A stretch of DNA of 41,476 bases from Conidiobolus incongruus B7586 (Eukaryota): contig JNEM01008754.1 of NCBI GenBank assembly GCA_000697335.1, positions 1 through 41,476 on the forward strand, given 5' to 3'. A model generated the notes under the pieces. That model made no database searches. It worked only from the letters and a program-made list of their open reading frames with translations, and was not told the origin of the DNA. Of the stretch, positions 23,445 to 34,230 are shown piece after piece (position 1 is the stretch's first letter; every line of letters begins with the position of its first letter). The translations under genes were made by a program, and so were the position numbers.

Positions 23445-25721
23445 ATGACTACAAAAAACTTATACCTCAACGATTTAAACTTGTTAATTTTGGATATTCT
23501 CAACGTTCCGGGACCTGTACTCCTACAAAATTATGATTCGTTCACTAACATCTTAGTCAAATATCCATTACTCACAAAACTAGAAGAATTAGGAGAATCT
23601 AAAGTGTTGAGTCTATGGGGACAAAAGCTAGGTCAATTGCTTAGCTCATCAGATAGAACGAAGTATCCGGATGCGGAGCATATTGTAGTAGGTAGCAAGT
23701 GGGCTATTTTGACATGTGAGCAAAGTCGCGGACTCATGGTAGAATTTATTTTGACTTATATTAGACATCTCATGAATTTTTTGACGTCACCTATTCCTTT
23801 GACGCAGTCGCAGTTGATTCACTTGTTTACGGTTATTCCAAAGTTGTTTACGTTGACGTCAGGTCAGAATGAATTGGAGAGGGAGATTTTACCAGTGTAT
23901 TTGCCTAAGTTGATTACGACTTGGTTAGAGAAGGTACAAGATTTACTCAGTGAGAGTGCAAGTTCGGAGATGTTGGAAGCAATGGTTAATTTGATTGCTT
24001 TGTTCCCGAAATCGATTAAGCCATTTGCCAATAAGATTTACGAGTTATTTATTAAGGTTAATTTTGTGGATTATGAAAAATGTCCTTCTCAACTTGCAGC
24101 ACACGTTGCCAATTTGGCTTATTTGTTATGTTTAACCCAAACTAAGGTGGAAGAAGTGGTTGAAAAATACGATGATTTGATAAATAAGTCTATCAAGACA
24201 TGTCATCATATATTATACACATTGTTTCAATTGCCACCATCTTCTGATCATGATTCTACACACTCTTTTCCACTTGCCAATCTTCCCAGAACTTCCTTGG
24301 ACGATGAGAGAACTTACCAATTAGTCATGGTCAAACTGTTCAAACGATGTTGCATATTTATTGAATACGGATTGAATTTTAGTCACTCTCACAACTCCGC
24401 ATTCACTATTAAGCTTCCAATCGCCGATATTATCCAAATCTTGATTCAGTTGAATTCCATTCCCATTCACGCTGCTACACTTTCAATTGTGGAGAGATCC
24501 AGACTCATCCAGTATGTCCTACCACTCACACAGTCAATCTTCCCAGTCCTCGAGATGTTATTGAAATTTTCGTCAATTTCAAGTCTTCCCAACACTATCT
24601 TTACATTCTTCAAGCATAACTACCTCCAAGAAACCCCTGGTAAAGACCTCTGGCTCCGAGGCATGATCACAGTAATTAAATCAACAAATGGTCACCCTGA
24701 TCTTAAGTTGAGTGAATCCAAATTCGTTGAAAAACTATTACAAACCGACTCCAATCATGGCGAATGCTACACTCTGAGTTTGAATTTGATAGAATTAGTG
24801 GTCAATCACTACTGGTTCACATTAAATCCCAAGAATCATTTATCTATTTTAGAATATTGTCGCATTCAACTCCTAACCAAATCCTCAATGTCACAATGCA
24901 CAATTGATCTATTTCAATTAATTCTTGCAATTTTGTTGATGATTCACAAGTATCAAACCTATAACGACTATTTAAATTCTTTGAGCTACTATTTCTACAA
25001 CTCTGTAATCTATCATCTCAATCATCACAGAATTAGTCAATGGTGGTTTGGGATTGGTGAGGATTCTTGGTCGATGTTGATTCATCCTCAATTTCCCACT
25101 AGAGTTTCTAATATTACGGATGAGATTGATTATCAAGAAATTGAAAAATTAAGAGCTGAGACTAAGGAGGATGGCGATAAGATTAATGTGATGGTCAGTA
25201 ACGATGTGACGGAAGTTGATCAAGAAGAAAAACTACCAAATCCAACAGTTGTCGAACCCTTGGACTCCAATCCGATTGCTACTTCCAACATTGTTAATGG
25301 ATATAATACTGAGAAGAGTATTGCCACGCCAGAGGCTCTTAATGTCACTAGTCAACCCAATACTGAGGCCAATGCTAACAATGTTTTTAATAATAATGGA
25401 TTCAACATGAGAATCGAGTCAAATTCATCTGTGCCATTTATTTCAAGTGCTATGCAATCCACTGACATAATACCAAAGACTGAACCTGAATTAAAATCAC
25501 AAGAATCAGCAACAATTCCAGAATCTCAGCCCATTAACCCAACCGCAGTCCCGGTGCCTATTATTTCTACAGAAGCCACAACAAAAGAATCGGAATTCAA
25601 CACATTTATCTCCAATCAAATCGATAAGTTAATGCCCAAGGATCAGACTAAAGAAGATGACGATGATGGAGATTCTATAGCATCCGACGATATGGATAAA
25701 ATGTTGGATGATTTATTTTAA
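23445..25721 (+). CDS. RIX1: Pre-rRNA processing protein Rix1/PELP1-like, intronless
   Basis: Helical-repeat N-terminal region with W..KL..LL.S and FPKSIKPFANKI (cf. PttfrPf..ki). LIHPQFP (cf. LiHPr.P) closes the folded region, followed by a disordered acidic tail. Confidence 0.68.
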   Translation: MTTKNLYLNDLNLLILDILNVPGPVLLQNYDSFTNILVKYPLLTKLEELGESKVLSLWGQKLGQLLSSSDRTKYPDAEHIVVGSKWAILTCEQSRGLMVEFILTYIRHLMNFLTSPIPLTQSQLIHLFTVIPKLFTLTSGQNELEREILPVYLPKLITTWLEKVQDLLSESASSEMLEAMVNLIALFPKSIKPFANKIYELFIKVNFVDYEKCPSQLAAHVANLAYLLCLTQTKVEEVVEKYDDLINKSIKTCHHILYTLFQLPPSSDHDSTHSFPLANLPRTSLDDERTYQLVMVKLFKRCCIFIEYGLNFSHSHNSAFTIKLPIADIIQILIQLNSIPIHAATLSIVERSRLIQYVLPLTQSIFPVLEMLLKFSSISSLPNTIFTFFKHNYLQETPGKDLWLRGMITVIKSTNGHPDLKLSESKFVEKLLQTDSNHGECYTLSLNLIELVVNHYWFTLNPKNHLSILEYCRIQLLTKSSMSQCTIDLFQLILAILLMIHKYQTYNDYLNSLSYYFYNSVIYHLNHHRISQWWFGIGEDSWSMLIHPQFPTRVSNITDEIDYQEIEKLRAETKEDGDKINVMVSNDVTEVDQEEKLPNPTVVEPLDSNPIATSNIVNGYNTEKSIATPEALNVTSQPNTEANANNVFNNNGFNMRIESNSSVPFISSAMQSTDIIPKTEPELKSQESATIPESQPINPTAVPVPIISTEATTKESEFNTFISNQIDKLMPKDQTKEDDDDGDSIASDDMDKMLDDLF

Positions 25722-26106
25722 TTGAATATAATATATAGACTTAATTGTAATAAAAAATAATAGATTTTATAATAATTGACTTTACTCTATTTTAATATAT
25801 ATTTGAATTATTATAGTGATTTAGAATTGATGGACCAGTTTTAAATATTTATAAATTATTTTAAATAGATTATTAGATAATTTACTTCTACTATTTTTAA
25901 AATTATTTTAAAAATCATATTTCTAAATTAAAATTAACATAATATTAGTATAATGAATTTAGACTGTATGTCAAGATTGAATAAGAATATTAAAATTTAA
26001 TATATCAATTAATTAATCATTGAAAAATGAATAAAAAACTCAAAATACTTTAAAGGCTAAATAAAATTAATGGTTTTTTAATGAATTCAAATTATAAATA
26101 TATCAT

Positions 26107-27087
26107 TTATAAGAAGGAAGTTTTACCATCCTTAGTAATAACTTCGAATAATTTACCGTTGGGTACGTTTTCAGTAGATGTGGCCCAGTCGAAAAGTTGA
26201 CTATAAGTGGAATTAGTAAAGTTATGTAGAATGGATTTACAGTTAGGAACTTACGCGGAAATAACGTCGAGAGGAGTCCAAGTAGAGTAATCGGCACCGG
26301 TAATCCATTTACGGTTATTGGGAGTATCCAAAGTAACACTAGAAAAATTTGTATCAGGTTATTAATATATAGCTTGATATTTTGAATGTTAAACATACGG
26401 AAGGATAGCAATAGCCTTAGCACCAGAAGGTAAGCCAGAACCTTGAGCAGCCAAAGATTTGACCAAGTGGTGGACAGAGGCTTTAGCCATACCGTAACCA
26501 ATCATACCGGGAGTACCGTCCAAAGCGGCTTTAGCACCGGTGAAAACGACAAGACCGTTGCTAAATAATAATATTAATTATATTATTAATAATAATACAA
26601 ATTAGTTTGAATTACTTCTTCAAGAATTTAGAAGCGATATGAGCAGATAAGAGAGAAGATTCGACACTTTGTTTATACATTAACAAACTGTTTTTGAGGA
26701 ATTCTAAAATTAAATTTATTAAAAAATTGAAAATTATGGGGTATTGATCAGTATTATTTACCTTCGTTATCGGCGTTACCACCAGCCCAACCACCGGCCA
26801 CGTTAACAATAGCCTCAACCTTTTCAGAGTCAAAGCTTTTGGTGATTTGTTCGCTGAGAGCTTTAGCTTGATCGGGTAAGGGCTGAGTGGGATCTAAGGT
26901 AAATGAGTGAGTGTCGTTATTCTTAGAAACATCAACAGAGAAAATAGTCTAATTTACAAAATAATTAATTATTATAATTAAATATATAGATTAATATTTA
27001 TACCCATTGTTTCTTGTTAAAAAATTCTTTGACAGCTTGACCTAAAGCACCGTTACTGCCGAATAAAATAAGTCTTGGAGTAGTCAT
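26107..27087 (-). CDS. QDPR: Dihydropteridine reductase (QDPR), multi-exon
   Basis: Spliced reading gives [87 protein letters not shown]. The ORF-track calls here are mostly out of frame. Confidence 0.93.
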
Positions 27088-28959
27088 TTTTAAATTAATT
27101 TTTAATCAATTCAAGAGTTATCTTCAATCAATTTGTAAATTGTGTTCTATTTATATTGAAAATTTACGTCATTGAGTTATATAATATATTCTATAGATGA
27201 TTTTCGTTTATTTCTATTTCAAGAATTTCATTAACTAATTTGTTTTATTAGTTACACTTATCATTTTGTACCCCATTTATAATTATTTCCATCCGATTGT
27301 CATTTGATTTAATTGAATTAGTTAAGGTTTAATAATATGGATGACACTTAAAATGCACAGTGGAAACTAGTCAATCATTATTTTCACATGCTTGTATTGA
27401 AATAATTTTGAGTAAATACAATCTACATAATATTATTGTGAGGAAAGTAACTGTTTAATTAATTTATAATCAAAAATTGCCTTTTCAAATTATATTTTAC
27501 ATTAGTCAAAATTACTTATCATATTATATAATCTTTCACTAATTATTATATTTATTTGATTAGTCGAATACCTGTGTAATTTAACAAATTCATCTTTATT
27601 ATTTTTGATTAAATATCAAAATTATTGTAAACATTTGGCAATTAATATTTTATCTAAGACATAATAAATATTTGAAATGTTAAAATTATTTAATATCTGA
27701 TAGTTTTTTACCATTACTTGATTGTATGTCAAGGTATGTATATAATTGATAATGCTTATACTGTATTTCTACAGCAGATATTAACAAATTGACAATTTGG
27801 AGTAATTTTCGACTGATGAATTAAGGTTATAGCATATTTGATGAATTTAATATGATAATAAATCTTATCAAAAATAGCAAGCATTATTACCATTTTTGAA
27901 TTATTACAAACAGCAATAGAATACATAATTTTAAATTATATCAATTTTGATTTAATTATATATGTCATGGGAATATTATATTATTAATTATTAGTAATTA
28001 TTAGTAAATATTATACAATATTTGTTACTATTTCTAATTACTTTTTGAAACTAATTTGATTGAAATATTTTGTAATTATTAAATTTGTATATAAATAAAA
28101 TTTCCAGTATTTTGATTGAAACGTGGTCAAAATACTAAATTATTTAATTAAAAAATAATTCGGATTTATATCAATTCTACTATATTTGGCTAAGACTAAT
28201 ACTAGTATTATGATATCATACTCAAGTATCACTTGAGACTTGTATGATTGACATCTTTACAAAGTAATTTTGAAGGATTTTCCTGTAATTTTGTATTATT
28301 GATATTGAGGTATTATATTATTAAATATAAAAATGATTTAAAAATATATTTTACTATTAATGACAAAGGAAAAAAATTATAGAATTTCACAATTATATTT
28401 TTTGTTGAATTTTATTATAATATAAAAAGAAATAATTATTCAAACTATCTTGTAAAGTTGTAAAGCGCAATTTTTACCTTGTCGAGTACATCTAATATAG
28501 TATCCTAATTCTTTATTTGACTATAATTTTTATGTATCTTGATATGAACCTTATAAGGAGGAATGTAGCATGACAGCAATTGTACAAAGTTCGAGTTATT
28601 TTTTGAGTAAAACCATTATACTAGCAATTTTATTATTATTAATTATCTAACTAATATATTCTTGACTGTTTTAAGATGAACTATTAATTATTTTAAAAAT
28701 GATGTTATTGCCAAGTTTTCTCACTTTAATAAGCATTAATAATATTAATTATCACAAGATTAAATTACGCCTACTAATTTATCTTGGCATTAAGGTTATC
28801 AGTAATTTTATTCTTTTTAATATAATGCTTTGTATAAAAAGATTAAGTTAATATTATATAATAACTTTTAATTATTCTTGTTCTTGTGAGCATAGGTGAA
28901 TTTTAGAAATGATCAATTGTAATTCATAAGATTTATTAGATGTCTTGGCATTTTGACTA

Positions 28960-30264
28960 TTAAGTTGAAAAAATGATTGAACAAATTATATAACTAGATA
29001 TTACTTCTTTATAATTTAAATAATGGGAATTTTTTGTGATTGAAAAAATAAGCATTTTAATATATAAAAAGTAAAAATAAATATATATTATAAAATTATT
29101 AATTTCTTTTATTTCTAATAACTTTTTGCTATACTTTTGGCAAATATCTAACACTTAAAAAACAATTCTTTTTTAAAAACTGAAATTTGATGTTTTACAA
29201 ACCAATTAAATTTTCTTGTAGAAATTTTTTTTCTTATAAGCTAGTTTTTTAATTACCTAAAATAATTATAATTATATAAGTTATAATTTAAAAAATATAT
29301 TAGATATAGTAGTTTTTTCCAATTGTTTTTAATTAAAAAGTTTTTTACAATTTTAAATCTATGTATTTTACAATTATTATATAAAATAATAGGTTTTTTT
29401 AAATTATATTAAGAATACTAATTAAAAATAGTTTTATTTAAAAAAATATAAAATTTACTATTAATTAATCTTTTTTTAAAAATTAAATAAAAATAATATA
29501 TATTATTATTATTTATTATAATAATTAATATTTACTTATTAATAAAGTATTTATTTAAAAGAATTTATAAAGAAAATTAATTTAACTTAACATTTTGATT
29601 TATATTTTAATAAAAGATTATATAAAAAATTTAAAATTCATCAATTATAATTATTTATTATAAAAACTTTAGTTTTTAGTTATACTTTAATATGTTTTGT
29701 TTAATAATAGCTACTTTAACTTTTTTTAAGCTTTAGTTAAATTATAAGGTATTTATTTTATATTTTTATTAATTAATTTTAATTTAAACTTTAATATATA
29801 TAAAATACTTATATAACTAATATTAAAATATCTTAATAATTTTTTAATTAAAATAAAAAGATATTTTTTAATATGTTTTTCTATTTTATTAACAATTAAA
29901 AGAATAATAGTTAAAATTAATTTTTTAATTTTTAATAAGTTTTAAATAGTTTTTCTTTTAATTTTAAAATAATTTACTTAGTGATAAATTATTAATTTAA
30001 ATAATATTTTATTATTAAAAGCTACTTATGAATTTTAAATGATTTTAAAAGATTTATGGTTAAGTTTTATTAATACTAAAATAAAAAACTTTTGATGATT
30101 ATTATTTATTTTAAATATAATTAAATTAAATAACCAATTTTAAAAATTATATATATATAATTCAAAACTATTTATTTTCTTATTTATTTTGTATATATTT
30201 TTTTGAAACTAATAATATATTTGAAAAATCAGAAATTAAAAAATTTCTCATTTTTTTAATTCTA
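28960..30264 (-). mobile_element. Full-length-sized (~1.3 kb) DD34D mariner transposon, hypermutated; transposase ~29095-30100 on the minus strand
   Basis: Minus-strand reading: IYH*VNYFK (vYrW..Fk); K*IPYNLT at 29735-29758 (= KWVPHDLT); FL**IIIIDEF*IF with DE at 29637-29642 (= FL.riiTgDEsWi); ILYNNCKIH (= lHDN...H); YLIYFLNYNLYNY (= HP.YSPD.nP.DY); LPKV*QKVI (= LP.rWqkvi). Exactly 34 codons separate the 2nd and 3rd inferred Asp (29378 and 29273). Imperfect inverted ends at 28960-28976 and 30248-30264. Confidence 0.85.
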
Positions 30265-32187
30265 TGGTAATATTTTAATTAATCAAGATAATTACATATA
30301 TTTTAATTAATAAAATTAAATTCAGTATTTTATTATATTATTATAAAAATTAATTTATATTTTTTATATTTAAAAATTATATATAATAATAACTAACTTA
30401 ATCAAGTTATTTAAAATAACATATAAATAATATTCAGTTTATAATATTTGTAATAATGTTATATTTTGTAAATAAAGATCATCATTAGAAAAGTATTTAT
30501 AATATTATTTAGTAAATTATTTATTAATCTTACTCTTTAATATTTTAGGATCATATATCTTAAAGTTAGCTTATTGTTGAGATATTATAGCAGAATATCC
30601 AATTACATCTCTTTTCTTCCTTTGTCACTTTTGTTATTTAAATAATTTATTCAATGAATGACATAGGGTTTGGTTAAAATCTAACAAAAAAACAAAGAAT
30701 ATCATTTGGTTATGAAATAACACAGCTACTCTGAATTAAGAACAATATTGACTTAACTATCAAATTGAAACAAAAAGGTATCTTTAAAATACGATAATAG
30801 TAACAATGTCTATATAAAACTATTTAAACTGATTTTATATATTTTCTTATATTACTTTAGATTTTATGATGATTATTGAATATATTTTCCCAATTATGAA
30901 TTCATAAAATCAATATATCCTAAATTTGAATATTTCTATACTAGTATAAATATTAAAGTTACAATAGATTATTTTAAAGTTATATATTAAGTAATGAACA
31001 TTTCTATATTAACTTTGATGAATTTTTAGATATTTATTAAAAATGAAAATTTCAAAGTTGATAGGATAGATAAAACCAATGGATATATTATTTTCAAATA
31101 AATAATTTATATTATATATTAAATGATTTTCATCCTGATCATTTATAAAGTTTTAAATATAATAATATAATTAAAGTTATCTCACTTTATCAATTGAAAT
31201 ATTTTTCTAGTTAATAATTTATGTGTAGTTTTTGTATGTGATGCTTCAGAAAAATTTGTACACTTAATTGCTTAATCAATTCTGAATATAAATCATTAAA
31301 CTCAAATTATTTTTATAAAATTTGATTAAATTGTACAGAGCAGTAATTCAATATGTATTCGACTATTCAAATATATAATGACTTGAATTTTTCCACTATA
31401 ATTTTGAAATTATTATGTTGATAATTTTCAATAAGTAAAATATTGGATGATCTAATAAATAGTGCCATGTATATAATATTTGAATCTTATAATATAGACT
31501 TTTACATATCAGATCATATATTAGTTTTTGAAATAAATCGAACCATTATTTATCTTTGAATTAGTTTTTCTACTAATATAATTTCTTTGTAGCTTTGACA
31601 TGTTAATAAATTTAAGATATTTCTTTATTTTTTGAAGTGTTAAAGCTTATTGTATCTTTTAAAGAGTCATTTTATATAAAGGAGATGATGATTCTAAAAC
31701 TTTATTTATATTACTTTGAAAATTACATGACAAATTTCCTGATTTTATAAAATCAGTGTAAGGAATTTTCAAGTATTGAAGCTTTTTCGCATATTTGGCA
31801 CGACCAAGTTTATTCTAATGTTAACAATATCTTCCGTTTGTAAACTCTAAAATTATTCAAATAGTTTAAATGTATAGTTTCAATGCAGTTGATTCATTTA
31901 GTTTTAATGTTCTTCAATTTTTAGTCCTTATTTTATAATCTGAAAATTTATCAAATTTCACTAATCATGGATTAATTTTTTTGCAAAGCTTAATCAACTC
32001 CTTAAAATTAGTATTTTCGACATTCCATTATACTAAAATTCTTTTTTCACCAATCATCAATTTCCATGATCTCATAAATCCCATAAAACAAGATTTTTTA
32101 AAAAAAAGATTACAATATCTTCAACAAAAAATAATTAATGCATAAATCTTAACTCAAGTTTGAAATTTAATTGATAATTACAATAAA

Positions 32188-32427
32188 ATGGCCATTTTTT
32201 CACCATCAGCCTCAGCAGCAGGAAGTGTTGCTAATACCTTAAAGAGAGCTAGAGCTAGTTATAACACCAGAAATATTGTTACTGGTACAACTTTGGTTGG
32301 GTTTGCTGCCGGGGTTTTTTCATACTCCATTGCGTCCGTCAAACAGGAAGACTTCTCCGACGTTCCTGCCCCCGCTCCTCTCTCCCCTCCCGCTTCCTCC
32401 CCAAACGCTTCTCAACAATCTAAATAA
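32188..32427 (+). CDS. COA3: Cytochrome c oxidase assembly factor 3 (Coa3/Cox25)
   Basis: LKRARASYNTRNIVTG, one TM segment, then YSIASVKQEDFSDV, matching the fungal Coa3 signature RAR.Py..kN..TG...Y.I.aVkQddF.Dv. Confidence 0.85.
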   Translation: MAIFSPSASAAGSVANTLKRARASYNTRNIVTGTTLVGFAAGVFSYSIASVKQEDFSDVPAPAPLSPPASSPNASQQSK

Positions 32428-33222
32428 GTCAATCTTCAGTCATGAAAATATCATAAATATAAAAAGGAATTCAAAATAATCTTATGATATTTGTGCAATT
32501 TCTTTAAAAAAGAGCTTATCGAAATTCATTTTAACATAAGAATTATTTAACTTCATTTCAATACTAACATTTTCAACTCAGTAAATATGTTTATATTTTA
32601 TTATCTAATTTCTTTAATTTTATTTCATTTTTTTAATCAATTTATTTTTGTTGACTGAAAAAAACGTAAGTTCAGATCCGATTTACTAGGTATAGATATT
32701 GAAGGTCTATATTTCTTAATCATACAACTACTATTTAATATCATTTATATATTTTGTTTTTTAGTCTACAGAGTTGAAATAGAATTAATCATAATTAATC
32801 AAGTATTGACTTAGTGGCCAAATTTTACAAATTATTTTTTATTTAATAATATTTTATAGTATTTTTTAACCTACTTAGTTATTAAATTTAAGTATTATAA
32901 TAATCACTTTGTGTATTTCAACTTAATAAAATTTATTAAATTATAAATTTGAATTACCAAGAAATGGTTAACTCGACCTTTTGTACTCACTTTTTATAAA
33001 AATTTGATAAAATTTACTTTATTTTCTTTAGCAATTAAATTTTAATTTATTAGTTTCTTGCCTTTGTTATTATATTATATAAAAGAATTGAAATTTTTAA
33101 GTAATATAATTTTTATGATATTTTCGAATGCAAAAATATTTTTTTATAGTTTTATTTGGGTCGTTTATTGAATGAGCTTTAAGGATAATGTGGTACCTCA
33201 GCTATTAATATCATAAAATCAT

Positions 33223-34230
33223 TCAATACTACCCATATTTTTTAACAAGGAACCACACAAGATATCCTTTAATATTCAATTTGTCTCCTTCAATCTATCT
33301 ACCATAAGGAATACAAGACAAACGATTTTGGACTATAGAATTAGATCCCAATAATTCAAGTTCTATTCTTTGATTTTAGCTAATCCGACTTGATGAGCAT
33401 AGTATCTCAAATATTGAAAGATTTTTCACTGCATTGGAACCATCTTTGTTTAAGTTGTTCAATACAGCTAAGGTACTATCAGTGTAATCATGATTAACCA
33501 ATACAAGATTAGATGGGTTTGATTGGAGAATGTAAAATCCTTTAGTTTTAGAAACGAGACAATCGAAAAATTCGTAATAGATAATCTTGACAATCCCGAT
33601 GCCATTCTAAAGCTTCAACTATAAGAGTCATTAAGAAATCATATTTACTATCACTTGTTTTAACATATTCGACCAGTTCATAATTTAAAAAAGAAACAAT
33701 TTGATTAAAAATTGAATTATATTCATTTCGGTTTAAGGGTTTAACCAATTGGTTCAAATCTTCGGGCAACTGATATTCCGAACTTTGTAAAATCAATTCA
33801 ATTTCCAAAATATGTAAATAATTGAACCTTTCATATCATTCACAAGATATCAGATTATAAAACGACAAATACGTGACTATCTTTTATATATCATTGCTCC
33901 AATGATTTGAATATTAAAGCACCGTATCCTTTTCCTCGATGCCGTGTAGGAGTCGATACGGTACAAATCGAGCCAGAAGTCAAATATCACAATTGATCAG
34001 TCTCTTTGTCATAAACAACATCAGGTCTTTCGTAACCTTGACAGTGTTTTAAAATATGTAATATGTTAGAATCAGAAGCAGGAATTAAATCCCAAAAGAC
34101 GAAGCCATGTTTAGCGAATTTGGTTTGACTCAATATAGTTTCATGACGTTGATAACCTTCAACAGACAATCCTTTAGCTCATTCTCACTGATGATTTTTC
34201 CAAGTATTTTTTTTCAATTTGTCTAACTAA
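33223..34230 (-). pseudogene. GNAT lysine N-acetyltransferase (LYC1-like) pseudogene
   Basis: E*AKGLSVEGYQRHE, ILKHCQGYERP, TPTRHRGKGYGAL (acetyl-CoA motif A, ~33915-33950), VL*SDI, and C-terminal W..VKKYG* are spread across frames with multiple stops. Confidence 0.65.

Noticed and set aside
26103..26833. ORF-track proteins 26103-26501 and 26612-26833
   Set aside because: Mostly wrong-frame readings across QDPR exons and introns.
27700..28600. Possible decayed secreted-enzyme gene (intron-like GTATGT..CTACAG; faint polysaccharide-deacetylase-like fragments)
   Set aside because: Too degraded; motifs could not be placed in a consistent order and frame with confidence.
28960..29154. 64-aa minus-strand ORF
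   Set aside because: Spurious frame over the 3' end of the mutated mariner.
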